Source: an uncultured bacterium
GTDB taxonomy: Bacteria; Acidobacteriota; Vicinamibacteria; Vicinamibacterales; UBA2999
NCBI GenBank assembly: GCA_963923455.1
Contig: CAWULT010000005.1
Location: 3,003 to 67,002, forward strand
DNA: 64,000 bases
Direction of reading: 5' to 3'
How positions within the stretch are numbered: the first letter of the stretch is position 1; every line of letters starts with the position of its first letter. Made by a program: the position numbers and the translations under genes. Below, piece after piece: positions 19,275-28,814 of this stretch. The notes under the pieces were generated by a model. The model made no database searches. It was given only the letters and a program-made list of their open reading frames with translations, and had not been told where the DNA came from.

Positions 19275-20402
19275 ATGAGTGCCACCATGAAGACACTGAA
19301 CCTGTGCATCGTACTGCTCTGCTCCGTGGCCGCTTCAGCCACGGCCCAGACGACGCCCAGCCCGGCCGCGGGCGTTACCCAGACCGCCACGTCTTCGCCG
19401 GCACCGGCCTCCGTCAGACAGGCGTCCGACTACCTGGTGGGCCCAGGCGACGTACTCGCCATCTCCGTGTCCGGCCTGCGGGAGTTCGAGCAGAGCGCCC
19501 GGGTCAGCAACTCGGGCCGGATTCGCGTGCCCTACATCGGCGTCATGTTCGTGGCCGGCATGACGACCTTCGGGATCGAGGCGGACGTCGCGCGGCTCAT
19601 CAAGGAGCACGAACTGGTGACCGAGCCGACGGTCCGGGCGCGCCTGTCGCAGCGGCGCGCTCGTCCCGTCTACGTGGTCGGCGAGGTGACGACACCGGGA
19701 CAGTACGTGATCACCGGGGACATGTACCTGGTGGACCTCGTCAGCAAGGCCGGTGGCTTCGGCGGCGGCGCCGATGACGTCGGCTATCTCTACCGTCGCG
19801 CGCGGCGGGAGCCGTCGGTGCAGGCGCGGCTGGTCGACGTCGGTCCCGGCGGACGCGCTCCCGCAGGGGCCGCCCCGAAGCCGCCCGCTCCGGTCCCGGT
19901 ACCGGAGGCCGCGGTCGCCGGCACGATGCCCGCCTCGCCCGCGCCTCTTGTCTCAGGAGAGGAGGGCGAGATCATCAAGGTCGACATCGCCGGCCTCAAG
20001 CTGGGCACCCGCCCGGAGATGAACCTCCGGCTCGAGGGCGGTGACGTACTCTTCGTGCCGCGCCGCGTGTCCCAGAACTTCTACGTGATCGGGGATGTGT
20101 CGGTGCCCGGAGCGTACGACCTGCCGCGCGACGTCGAGCTGACCGCGGCGCAGGCCATCGTCTACGCGGGCGGCACGCTCCCGCAGGCGAAGACCGGCAA
20201 GGCCTTCCTGATGCGCTACGACGCGGAGGGCCGGCGGGAGGCGATTCCCGTGGACTTCAAGGCCATCCTCGCTGGCAAACAGCAGGACATCCCGGTCAGG
20301 AAGGACGACATCATCTTCGTTCCGAACAGCGCAGCCAAGACCGTTGGGGTCGGGTTGCTGGACATGCTGCCGACACTGCTGCAGCAGTGGCTGATCTTCT
20401 GA
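19275..20402 (+). CDS. Outer-membrane polysaccharide export protein (OPX, Wza-like), copy 2
   Basis: Signal peptide MKTLNLCIVLLCSVAASATAQ. Motifs are YLVGPGDVLAISV, VVGEVTTPGQY, VIGDVSVPGAY and DIIFVPN. A Pro/Ala-rich insert lies between the domains. Confidence 0.8.
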   Translation: MSATMKTLNLCIVLLCSVAASATAQTTPSPAAGVTQTATSSPAPASVRQASDYLVGPGDVLAISVSGLREFEQSARVSNSGRIRVPYIGVMFVAGMTTFGIEADVARLIKEHELVTEPTVRARLSQRRARPVYVVGEVTTPGQYVITGDMYLVDLVSKAGGFGGGADDVGYLYRRARREPSVQARLVDVGPGGRAPAGAAPKPPAPVPVPEAAVAGTMPASPAPLVSGEEGEIIKVDIAGLKLGTRPEMNLRLEGGDVLFVPRRVSQNFYVIGDVSVPGAYDLPRDVELTAAQAIVYAGGTLPQAKTGKAFLMRYDAEGRREAIPVDFKAILAGKQQDIPVRKDDIIFVPNSAAKTVGVGLLDMLPTLLQQWLIF

Positions 20403-20461
20403 GGCCACCCGTGCTTTCGACGGGCGATCATCACGCTGGCGCGGGTGCAGACAGGACCGTT

Positions 20462-21094
20462 ATGAACACACAGACACGAGGCAACGATTCCATCAACGGC
20501 TACGTCCGCGAGTTCCAGCGCGCGTTGGAGGGCACTCCGCCGGAGGCCATCCAGGCAACGGTCGAGTGCCTGTTTCGCGCGTGGACGACCGACAACCAGG
20601 TGTTCATCCTGGGCAATGGCGGCAGCGCCTCGACCGCCTCGCACATGGGGAACGATTTCTCGAAGGCGACGATCGTGGCCGGGAAGCGGAGGATGCGCGT
20701 CATCTCGCTGACCGACAACGTGGCGCTGATGACCGCCTGGGGCAACGACTCGTCGTTCGACGTGATCTTCTCCGAGCAGCTCGAGAACCTGCTGAACGCC
20801 GGCGACGTCGTTGTCGCGATCAGCGCGAGCGGCAATTCGCCGAACGTGCTACGTGCGATGGAATTCGCGCGGAGGACGGGCGCGGTGACCATCGCGTGGA
20901 CCGGGCGCTCCGGCGGCCGTGTGAAGGACCTGGCGGACCACTGCCTGCGGGTGCCCAGCGACGACGTGGGGCTCATCGAGGGCGTGCACCTCGTGATCGA
21001 TCACATCGTCACCGGAGAACTGCGGCGGGCGATCGACGCCAGCGACGTGCGCGTGGCCGACGACCTCCCGGCCACAGCCGGCGCGCGCGCCTGA
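20462..21094 (+). CDS. SIS-domain sugar-phosphate isomerase (GmhA/phosphoheptose-isomerase-like)
   Basis: ATG 20462, 5 nt after AGGA. Motifs are GNGGSASTASHMGNDFSK and VVVAISASGNSPNVL. Confidence 0.75.
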   Translation: MNTQTRGNDSINGYVREFQRALEGTPPEAIQATVECLFRAWTTDNQVFILGNGGSASTASHMGNDFSKATIVAGKRRMRVISLTDNVALMTAWGNDSSFDVIFSEQLENLLNAGDVVVAISASGNSPNVLRAMEFARRTGAVTIAWTGRSGGRVKDLADHCLRVPSDDVGLIEGVHLVIDHIVTGELRRAIDASDVRVADDLPATAGARA

Positions 21095-21179
21095 TCCACC
21101 GCTCACGCCCGGGTGACCGCCGGGCGACACCGAACCGGCTCTCCATCGAGCTCGACATCCCACTTCCAGGACAAGTCGC

Positions 21180-22745
21180 ATGGTTTCCGCTCTTCACGAT
21201 CTGCTCGTGCAGTCCGCAGCGCGCCTGCCCGACAAGACGTGCCTCGTGCACGGCTCGCAGTCGCTGACCTTCGCCGGCCTCGAGGGGCAGGCGCGGCGCC
21301 TGGCGCAGGTGCTGATCGACGCAGCCGTCCTGCCCGGTGACCGCGTCGCCATCCACCTGGACAAGTCGATCCCGGAGGTGGTGGCCATCCTCGGCACGTC
21401 GATGGCGGGCGCCGTCGGCGTCAATGTCAACGCGCTGCTCAAGGGGCGTCAGGTCCGGCACATCCTGTCGGACAGCGGGGCCAAGGTCCTGATCACGTCC
21501 TATCCACGCCTGAAGACGCTCGGGACGGAGGTGGCCGGCATCGACACCCTGCGGACGCTCGTGCTCAGCGGCAAGGGCGCCGTGCCGGAGGGAACCTTCG
21601 ACGGCCTGCGGATCGTCGACATGACCGCCGCCGATTCCCTGGCAGGCGTCGCCCCGGTGCGACGGATCGACAGCGATCTCGCGGCGATCATCTACACCTC
21701 GGGATCGACTGGATTGCCCAAGGGCGTGGTGCTGTCGCACCGCAATCTCGTCGCAGGTGCCGAGAGCGTATCGACCTACCTGGGCAATACGAGCGACGAC
21801 CGCATCCTGAGCATCCTGCCCTTCAGCTTCGACTACGGATTCAACCAGCTGACGACGGCCCTTCGGGTGGGCGCGACGATCGTGCTGAAGAATCACCTGA
21901 GTGCCGGAGACACCCTGAGGACGCTGGCGGCCGAGCGCATCACCGGGCTCGCGGGCATCCCCACGCTCTGGTCGGCGCTGCTGCAGGCAGATTGGACTGG
22001 CGCGACGCTGCCGGACCTTCGGTACATCACGAATTCTGGCGGGCGCTTCGCCGAGCAGCACGTCAGAGAGTACCGGACGCGGCTGCCGCACACGCGCATC
22101 TTCCTGATGTACGGCCTGACCGAGGCGTTCCGCTCGACCTTCCTGGATCCCGATCAAGTGGACGTGCGCCCGAGCTCGATCGGGAAGGCGATCCCGAACG
22201 CCGAGATCCTCGTGATCAACGATGAAGGCCGGCCGTGCCAGCCGCACGAGGTGGGTGAGCTGGTGCACCGCGGTGCGCACGTCTCGCAGGGCTACTGGAA
22301 CGCGCCGGAACTGACCCGCGAGCGCTTCCGGCGCAATCCCCTGCAGCCGCCAAACGTACCCCACGACGAATGGGCCGTCTTCTCCGGCGACCTCGTGACG
22401 GCCGACGAGGAGGGGTATCTGTACTTCGTCGGGCGCAAGGACCACATGATCAAGACCTCGGGCTTCCGGGTGAGCCCGACGGAGGTCGAGGAGTATTTCT
22501 ACAACACCGGCCTCGTCCAGGACGCGGTCGCGTTCGGCGCCGATGACCCGGTGCTCGGCGAGCGCATCGTCGTCACCCTGTCCCTTCGCCCGGACGTCAC
22601 GATGACCGGCGACGAACTCCTGGCGACGATCGCACGACAGATGCCCAGCTTCATGGTGCCCAAGGAGATTCGCGTGGTGCCAAGGCTGCCCAGGACGTCG
22701 AGCGGCAAGCTCGATCGGCCGGCCGTCTGCGCGGGCGCGTTCTGA
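21180..22745 (+). CDS. Free-standing ANL-family adenylating enzyme (acyl/aminoacyl-AMP ligase), copy 1
   Basis: 521 aa. Motifs are IIYTSGSTGLPKGVV, FSFDYG, SGGRF, YGLTE, FSGDLV, GRKDHMIKTSGFRV and PRTSSGKLDR. No C, T or TE domain is fused. Confidence 0.85.
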   Translation: MVSALHDLLVQSAARLPDKTCLVHGSQSLTFAGLEGQARRLAQVLIDAAVLPGDRVAIHLDKSIPEVVAILGTSMAGAVGVNVNALLKGRQVRHILSDSGAKVLITSYPRLKTLGTEVAGIDTLRTLVLSGKGAVPEGTFDGLRIVDMTAADSLAGVAPVRRIDSDLAAIIYTSGSTGLPKGVVLSHRNLVAGAESVSTYLGNTSDDRILSILPFSFDYGFNQLTTALRVGATIVLKNHLSAGDTLRTLAAERITGLAGIPTLWSALLQADWTGATLPDLRYITNSGGRFAEQHVREYRTRLPHTRIFLMYGLTEAFRSTFLDPDQVDVRPSSIGKAIPNAEILVINDEGRPCQPHEVGELVHRGAHVSQGYWNAPELTRERFRRNPLQPPNVPHDEWAVFSGDLVTADEEGYLYFVGRKDHMIKTSGFRVSPTEVEEYFYNTGLVQDAVAFGADDPVLGERIVVTLSLRPDVTMTGDELLATIARQMPSFMVPKEIRVVPRLPRTSSGKLDRPAVCAGAF

Positions 22746-22782
22746 CCCGCCGTCCACCCTTCCCAAGGAATCGAACGACATC

Positions 22783-24777
22783 ATGTGCGGGATCGCTGGA
22801 CAGGTTGGCCCGGCTGCGTGCGGGCGTGAGCCGCTGCTCACGATGATGGGCACGCTGACACACCGCGGACCCGACGAGGCTGGTCTGCTGCTGGCGCGAG
22901 GGCTCGCCTTCGGGCACCTGCGGCTCAGCATCGTCGACCTGCGGCACGGCCAGCAGCCGATGGCGACAGCAGACGGCCGGCACTGGATCGTCTTCAACGG
23001 CGAGATCTTCAACCACGTCGAGCTGCGCGTCGAACTGGAGGGCCTCGGGCACGTCTTCCGCACGCGGTGCGACACCGAGGTGATCCTGAACGCCTACCGC
23101 CAGTGGGGCCGCGACTGCCTGTCCCGCTTCAACGGGCAGTGGGCCTTCGCGCTGTGGGACCGGCAGGAAGACACGGTGTTCCTGGCCCGCGACCGCTTCG
23201 GCGTGAGGCCGCTCTTCTACAGCGTTCTCGCCGACGGCCGCACGCTGGTGTTCGCCTCGGAGATGAAGGCACTGCTGACGGATGCCCGCGTCCCGCGCGA
23301 GTGGGACACCGACGCCCTGCGGGACATCTTCGTCTCGTGGGTCACCCACGGCGAGCGGACGCCGATACGGGCCATTCGCCAGCTGCCCGCCGGCTGCTGG
23401 ATGGAGGTCACCCGCGAGGGGCACCGGGTGCAGCGCTACTGGGACGTGGACCTGTCACCGGATGCCGTGGACTGGTCCCGGCCGGAGGCGAGCTGGAGCG
23501 AGGAGCTTCGATCGACCCTGGACGAAGCCTGTCGAATCCGCCTGCGCGCGGACGTCACGGTCGGCACGTACCTCTCGGGCGGACTCGACTCGAGCATCAT
23601 CACCACGCTGTCGAAGCGGAACCACCAGCCGGACCTGATGACGTTCTCGCTGGCGTTCCGGGATGCGGGCTACGACGAGTCGGCGTTCCAGCAACTCGTC
23701 GCGGATCAGATCGGGACCGAACATCACACGGTGTCGGTCAGTCGCGAGCTCATCGCGGAGCGCTTCCGCCTGGCGATCTGGCACACCGAGACGCCCATGC
23801 ATCGAACGGCGCCCATTCCCTTGATGGAGCTCTCCGCCCTGGTGCGGAGCACCGGCCTGAAGGTGGTGCTGAGCGGGGAGGGCGCGGACGAGGTCTTCGG
23901 CGGCTACGACCAGTTCCGCGAGAACAAGATCCGCCGGTTCTGGGCGCGCGTGCCGACGTCGGCCTGGCGCAAGCGGCTGCTCGACCGGCTCGAGCCCAAC
24001 ATCGCGCGTTCGGGCCCGCGCACGCGGGCGTTCTGGTACGCCTTCTACCAGGAAGGGCTCCAGGCCACCGGTCGGCCCGCCTACTCCCACTATCCGCGGT
24101 GGCGCAACGGCGCCAGCCTGCTGCCGCTCATCTGCGCGGGTGACACACGGACGAGCGGCCCCTCGTGGATCGAGCACGTGGAGGCAACCGCGCCCGATGG
24201 CTTCGCCTCCTGGGACCCGCTGTCGCAGGCGCAGTACTGGGAGATCCGGCAGTTCCTCGCCGGGTACCTGTTGTCGTCGCAGGGCGACCGGGTCGCGATG
24301 GCGAACTCCGTCGAAGGGCGCTACCCGTTCCTGGACGCCAACGTGTTCGCGCTGTCGCGCCGGATTCCGCCGCGCCTGAAGATGCGCGTGCTGCAGGAGA
24401 AGTACCTCCTGAAGCGCACGTTCCAGTCCGACCTGCCGCCGGCGATCGTGGAGCGCAAGAAGTACCCGTATCGCGCGCCTGACGCGCTCGCCCTGTATCG
24501 CGGCGCGCTGCGCCGGCAGCTGCTCGACAGCCTGAACCCGGAGGCCGTGCAGCGCCGCGGCCTGTTCCATCCCGAGGGCATCCGGAAGCTGCTCGAGCGG
24601 GTGGACCGGACGGAGGACCCGTCCGCCAGGGACAACATGGCGCTCGTGCTGGTGTACTCGGCCCACACCTTCCACGAGCAGTTCATCGAAGGCAGGATGG
24701 AGACGTCCGCGCTGCCTCCGCTCAACACAGACGTCGATTTGACACACATCACGAACCAGGTGGAACGCGCCTCATGA
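22783..24777 (+). CDS. asnB: Asparagine synthase (glutamine-hydrolysing) family amidotransferase
   Basis: 664 aa. It has the MCGIAG N-terminal Cys nucleophile, HRGPDE, NGEIFN and a YLSGGLDSS PP-loop. The RBS AAGGAA lies upstream. Confidence 0.9.
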   Translation: MCGIAGQVGPAACGREPLLTMMGTLTHRGPDEAGLLLARGLAFGHLRLSIVDLRHGQQPMATADGRHWIVFNGEIFNHVELRVELEGLGHVFRTRCDTEVILNAYRQWGRDCLSRFNGQWAFALWDRQEDTVFLARDRFGVRPLFYSVLADGRTLVFASEMKALLTDARVPREWDTDALRDIFVSWVTHGERTPIRAIRQLPAGCWMEVTREGHRVQRYWDVDLSPDAVDWSRPEASWSEELRSTLDEACRIRLRADVTVGTYLSGGLDSSIITTLSKRNHQPDLMTFSLAFRDAGYDESAFQQLVADQIGTEHHTVSVSRELIAERFRLAIWHTETPMHRTAPIPLMELSALVRSTGLKVVLSGEGADEVFGGYDQFRENKIRRFWARVPTSAWRKRLLDRLEPNIARSGPRTRAFWYAFYQEGLQATGRPAYSHYPRWRNGASLLPLICAGDTRTSGPSWIEHVEATAPDGFASWDPLSQAQYWEIRQFLAGYLLSSQGDRVAMANSVEGRYPFLDANVFALSRRIPPRLKMRVLQEKYLLKRTFQSDLPPAIVERKKYPYRAPDALALYRGALRRQLLDSLNPEAVQRRGLFHPEGIRKLLERVDRTEDPSARDNMALVLVYSAHTFHEQFIEGRMETSALPPLNTDVDLTHITNQVERAS

Positions 24778-25037
24778 GCAACGTCGACACGAACGACCTG
24801 ATGAACCAGATCCGGGACCACATCTGCGGCACGATGCTGATCGGCCTGTCCGATCAGTCGATCGAGCCCGACGAGTCCCTCGTCCAGCGCGGTGTCGTGG
24901 ACAGCACCGGAGTACTGGAGCTGGTGGAGTTCCTGCAGCAGCGATTCGGCATCACGGTAATGGATGACGAAATCACGACCGATAACCTGGACACGCTGAA
25001 TTCCATCACGGCGTTCGTGCAGCGAAAGCTCGGATAG
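24774..25037 (+). CDS. Acyl/peptidyl carrier protein 1
   Basis: 87 aa. The start overlaps the asnB stop (ATGA). GVVDSTGVLELVEFLQQRFG contains the DS(T/L) phosphopantetheine attachment motif. Confidence 0.8.
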   Translation: MSNVDTNDLMNQIRDHICGTMLIGLSDQSIEPDESLVQRGVVDSTGVLELVEFLQQRFGITVMDDEITTDNLDTLNSITAFVQRKLG

Positions 25038-25083
25038 ACCGCTTCGAGGCCTGGATTCGGGCCTGGGCAAAGGACAAGCATCG

Positions 25084-25338
25084 ATGGACTACAAGACTCC
25101 CCTCATCGAATTCATCAAGCAGGACATCCTGCACGGCCGCAACGTGCCGCTGGACGACGAGCAGGATCTGCTCAGCGCGGGTGTCCTGGATTCCCTGGGC
25201 ATCCTCCGCGTCGTGGCCTTCCTCGAGGAGCGGTTCGGCGTGCGCGTGCCGGACGAGGACGTCGTGTTCGAGAATTTCCAGAGCATCCGGGCGATGACCG
25301 ACTACGTGACGCAACAGAAGGCCGTCGGCAAGGCCTAG
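25084..25338 (+). CDS. Acyl/peptidyl carrier protein 2
   Basis: 84 aa. The motif is GVLDSLGILRVVAFLEERFG. It is paralogous to the preceding gene. Confidence 0.8.
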   Translation: MDYKTPLIEFIKQDILHGRNVPLDDEQDLLSAGVLDSLGILRVVAFLEERFGVRVPDEDVVFENFQSIRAMTDYVTQQKAVGKA

Positions 25339-25350
25339 CGTCGGCGCGCC

Positions 25351-26907
25351 ATGAGATACCTGCTGTCGCACGTCGTCGACGAGGCGGCCCGGACGCAGCC
25401 GACGCACGACGCCGTTCGGTTCTCGGGCCTGAGCCTCTCGTACGCGGAGCTCGCGCGCCGGAGCAACGGTCTGGCCCGGATCCTGGTCGACCGCGGGGTG
25501 CGCCGTGGAGACCGGGTCGGGATCTTCATGAACAAGAGCCTCGACTCGGCCGTGGCGATCCACGGCATCATGAAGGCCGGCGGCGCCTACGTGCCGCTCG
25601 ACCCCTTCGCGCCGCCGGCCCGCGTCGCCTTCGTCATTCGCGACTGCGGCATCCGCCACCTGGTCACCTCGGATCTGAAGCTCGATCAGTCGCAGCTGCT
25701 CGCCGAAGGGCTCGACCGGATGACCCTGGTCGGGGCCTCGCCGCGCGACGGGCACGACGCCGTCGGATGGGTCGAGGTGGAGGCCTCGGCGTCCGACTCG
25801 GCGCCGGCCATCGAGCTCACCGAGCAGGATCTCGCCTACATCCTCTACACGTCCGGATCCACCGGGACGCCGAAGGGGATCATGCACACGCATCGCAGCG
25901 GCCTGAGCTTCGCCGAGTGGGCCGCCGCCACCTACGGCCTGACGCCGTCGGATCGCGTCAGCAACCACGCGCCGCTGCACTTCGACCTGTCGACGTTCGA
26001 CTTCTTCGCGACGGCGGTGGCCGGGGCCACCACCGTGGTCGTGCCCGAGGCGCTCACGAAGCTCCCGGCCGACCTGGCCAGGCTGATGGCGAAGGAGCGG
26101 CTGACGGTCTGGTACTCGGTGCCGTTCGCGCTGATGCAGATGCTCGAACGGGGCAGCCTGGCGAAGCTGGATCTCTCGACGCTGCGGTGGTTGCTGTTCG
26201 CCGGCGAGGTGTTTCCCGTGAAGCACCTGCGCGAGCTGATGGCGGCGCTGCCGCACGTGCGCTTCAGCAACCTCTACGGACCCACCGAGACCAACGTCTG
26301 CACGTTCTACAACCTGCCGCCGACCCTGCCGCCCGGCGACGAGCCGATCTCCATCGGGCGCCCCTGCGAGAACGTCGAGTCGCTGATCGTCGACGAAGAC
26401 GGCCGGCCGGTTGCCGAGGGTGAGGCGGGCGAGCTGCTGATCCGGGGAGGGGTCGTGATGCGGGGCTACTGGGGACGGCCCGACCTCAACGAGAAGGGCT
26501 TCTTCCGACGGCCCGTGTTCGGCCGCCACTACGAGGACGTGTTCTACAGGACGGGAGACCTCGTCGAGCGCATGCCGGACGGCAACCTGACGTACCTGGG
26601 CCGGAAGGACCGGCAGGTCAAGACGCGCGGGTATCGGGTTGAGCTCGACGAGGTCGAGGCGGTGATCCTGTCGCTGGTCTCGATCGAAGAGGCGGCGGCA
26701 TTCGTCGTGCCGGATGGGCAGGGCAGCAACCTGATCGAGGCGGCGGTCACGGTGAAGGCCGGGTTCCAGCTGACGCCTGAGGCCGTGATGAACCATGCCT
26801 CAGCCAGGTTGCCGCACTATGCGGTGCCGGCGACGATTCGCGTGATGGAGGTCTTTCCACGGACGTCGACCGGGAAGATCGACCGTCGCGAGCTGCAGGC
26901 CCGCTAG
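25351..26907 (+). CDS. Free-standing adenylation enzyme (DltA / NRPS A-domain-like), copy 2
   Basis: 518 aa. Motifs are LAYILYTSGSTGTPKGIMHTH, HFDLSTFD (A4 with Asp), NLYGPTE, YRTGDLV, GRKDRQVKTRGYRVEL and PRTSTGKIDR. Confidence 0.85.
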   Translation: MRYLLSHVVDEAARTQPTHDAVRFSGLSLSYAELARRSNGLARILVDRGVRRGDRVGIFMNKSLDSAVAIHGIMKAGGAYVPLDPFAPPARVAFVIRDCGIRHLVTSDLKLDQSQLLAEGLDRMTLVGASPRDGHDAVGWVEVEASASDSAPAIELTEQDLAYILYTSGSTGTPKGIMHTHRSGLSFAEWAAATYGLTPSDRVSNHAPLHFDLSTFDFFATAVAGATTVVVPEALTKLPADLARLMAKERLTVWYSVPFALMQMLERGSLAKLDLSTLRWLLFAGEVFPVKHLRELMAALPHVRFSNLYGPTETNVCTFYNLPPTLPPGDEPISIGRPCENVESLIVDEDGRPVAEGEAGELLIRGGVVMRGYWGRPDLNEKGFFRRPVFGRHYEDVFYRTGDLVERMPDGNLTYLGRKDRQVKTRGYRVELDEVEAVILSLVSIEEAAAFVVPDGQGSNLIEAAVTVKAGFQLTPEAVMNHASARLPHYAVPATIRVMEVFPRTSTGKIDRRELQAR

Positions 26908-26913
26908 TTGTCG

Positions 26914-27006
26914 ATGGTCAGGCGGCTGCTGGTGCTGAACGGCCTCGCCACGATTGCAGCCACGTGGTGCTGGTGGTCGTTGGCATCGCCGTGCCGGTGT
27001 CACTGA
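26914..27006 (+). pseudogene. 30-codon remnant of an AT3 acyltransferase 5' end
   Basis: It reads ATGGTCAGGCGGCTGCTGGTGCTGAACGGC... = MVRRLLVLNGLATIA. This matches the N-termini of the intact AT3 genes at 30362 (MARRLLLLNGVAIIF) and 51521 (MVRRLLALNGIAAIF, first 17 nt identical). It then diverges and stops at 27004-27006. Confidence 0.5.
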
Positions 27007-27113
27007 TGGTGGCGGTCAGCCGGTCGCCTGCCCGCCAGACCTGCAACTACCTGTTCGGCTGACGACCCGACGAGCGAACGCGTGCTCCGTTTCGACCCGA
27101 GGAAGGACGTTCC

Positions 27114-28679
27114 GTGAACAGCAAGCTCGACTATCTCGTCATTGGCGCTGGGCCGGCAGGCCTGCAGCTCGGCTACTACCTGCAGAAGAACGCCCGCAGC
27201 TACCTGATCCTGGAACGCGGCCGGGGAGCCGGCACGTTTTTCGAGACGTACCCACGGCACCGGATGCTCATCTCGATCAACAAGGTGCACACCGGCACCG
27301 ACGACCGTGACGCGAACCTGCGGTGGGACTGGAATTCACTGCTCACCGACGGCGACGATCCGCGCTTCGGCGCCTACACGACTGAGTACTTTCCCGGCGC
27401 CGACGACCTCGTCCGGTACCTGCGAGACTTCGCCGCCCGCCACGGGCTCAGGGTGCAGTACGACACCGATGTGACGAGGGTTGCGCGCGATGCCGATGGA
27501 ACCTTCGTGGTGACCGACCGCGCCGGGCGCACCTACAGGGCCAGCCGGCTGTTCGTTGCGTCCGGGTTCACGAAGGAGAACGTGCCGACGTTCCCCGGCG
27601 CCGAGCTGTGCGAGCGCTACGGCACGCATGACACCGACGCGGCGCGCTTCACGAACAAGCGGGTGCTGATTCTCGGCAAGGGCAACTCGTCGTTCGAGAC
27701 TGCCAACCATCTCACCGGGACGGCGGCCGCGATTCACGTCTGCAGCCCCGAGTCCATCCAGATGGCGTGGCAGACCCACTACGTGGGCAACCTTCGGGCG
27801 GTGAACAACAACTTCCTCGACACGTACCAGCTCAAGTCACAGAACACCGTGATCGACGGGACGGTCACGAAGGTGGAGCGGCTGGGCGACCAGCTGGCCG
27901 CGCACATCGCCTACTCGCACGCCGCCGGCCAGACGACCGTACGGCTCTACGACGCGATCATCGCTTGCACTGGATTCAAGTTCGACCCGTCGATCTTCGA
28001 CGCGTCCTGCCAGCCCGAGCTGGTGTACGAAGGCAAGTTCCCGGCGCAGACCGCCGAGTGGGAGTCGGTGAACGTGCCTGGCCTCTACTTCGCAGGCACG
28101 CTGATGCACGCCTGTGACTTCCGCCGGACGATGTCGGGCTTCATCCATGGCTTCCGGCACAACGTGCAGGTGATGAGCCGCCTGTTCGAGATGAAGTACC
28201 ACGGGCGCGAGTGGCCGTACACGGAGTGCCCGGCGACGCCCGACGGCGTCCTCGTGGCGATCATGAATCGGCTGCGTCACGGCGCCGGCATCTACCTGCA
28301 GCCGGGCTTCCTGCGCGACGTCATCGTGGTGGACGAGGCATCCGGGCAGGCGCGGTGCTACACGGACATGCGGAACGACTACATCCCCGGGAGCTTCATC
28401 GGGACGTCCCACCACTACTACACGGTGAGCCTGGAGTACGGCCACTTCGACGGCGACCCGTTCGCGGTCGAACGGAACCCCGATCCGATGAAGGGCGGCG
28501 AGGCGTCGTACCTGCATCCGGTGATTCGACGGTACGACCGGGCGGAGCTGAAGGCCGAGTATCACATCCAGGACGATCTGGAGAACGAGTGGTGGCTCGA
28601 GGAGTATGCGCGGCCCGCGCGCGCGTGGTTCGACGCGCAGCTGAGCCGTGGCGCCGTGCCGGCTGGGGCGGCGCGCTGA
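27114..28679 (+). CDS. Two-dinucleotide-binding-domain flavoprotein (FMO / pyridine-nucleotide-disulfide-oxidoreductase-like)
   Basis: 521 aa with a GTG start after GAGGAAGGA. Motifs are DYLVIGAGPAGLQLG (FAD) and RVLILGKGNSSFE (second Rossmann). The C-terminal ~150 aa are unassigned. Confidence 0.65.
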   Translation: MNSKLDYLVIGAGPAGLQLGYYLQKNARSYLILERGRGAGTFFETYPRHRMLISINKVHTGTDDRDANLRWDWNSLLTDGDDPRFGAYTTEYFPGADDLVRYLRDFAARHGLRVQYDTDVTRVARDADGTFVVTDRAGRTYRASRLFVASGFTKENVPTFPGAELCERYGTHDTDAARFTNKRVLILGKGNSSFETANHLTGTAAAIHVCSPESIQMAWQTHYVGNLRAVNNNFLDTYQLKSQNTVIDGTVTKVERLGDQLAAHIAYSHAAGQTTVRLYDAIIACTGFKFDPSIFDASCQPELVYEGKFPAQTAEWESVNVPGLYFAGTLMHACDFRRTMSGFIHGFRHNVQVMSRLFEMKYHGREWPYTECPATPDGVLVAIMNRLRHGAGIYLQPGFLRDVIVVDEASGQARCYTDMRNDYIPGSFIGTSHHYYTVSLEYGHFDGDPFAVERNPDPMKGGEASYLHPVIRRYDRAELKAEYHIQDDLENEWWLEEYARPARAWFDAQLSRGAVPAGAAR

Positions 28680-28814
28680 CGACGAGAGTCGAGTGAGGTG
28701 GAACCCATCCGAGCCGGGCGGGTACCGGGGCGGTCACACGAGAGGCCAGGGGATCGGACACCGAACCCGCCGGGGCCTGAGGGGCAAGGCAGACCTTGCT
28801 GGGGAGAGCGCGCA

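Noticed and set aside
21106-21126. A 7-bp GC hairpin (CGCCCGG-gtgaccg-CCGGGCG) between the SIS gene and adenylase 1. A similar short hairpin lies at 52773-52806 (CCGGCATT...AATGCCGG).
   Set aside because: There is no U-tract. The stems are short or the loop long (18 nt for the second). Such inverted repeats are frequent in GC-rich DNA. I do not call them terminators or attenuators.
21009-23075. Very long antisense ORFs, for example 21009-23075 (-, 688 aa), 15485-17845 (-), 36112-38205 (-), 43911-45830 (-) and 25006-26796 (-).
   Set aside because: Their translations are Arg/Pro/Gly/Ala-rich low-complexity strings with no domains. Each lies opposite a + strand ORF with clear enzyme motifs. This is the usual stop-codon depletion artefact of GC-rich DNA.
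28698-28814. The upstream ATG (28698) as the start of the halogenase.
   Set aside because: The extra 39 residues are Pro/Gly/Arg-rich and precede the Rossmann beta1 strand by an atypical distance. GTG 28815 has a GGGGAGAG SD-like sequence just upstream. The ATG cannot be excluded without experimental data.
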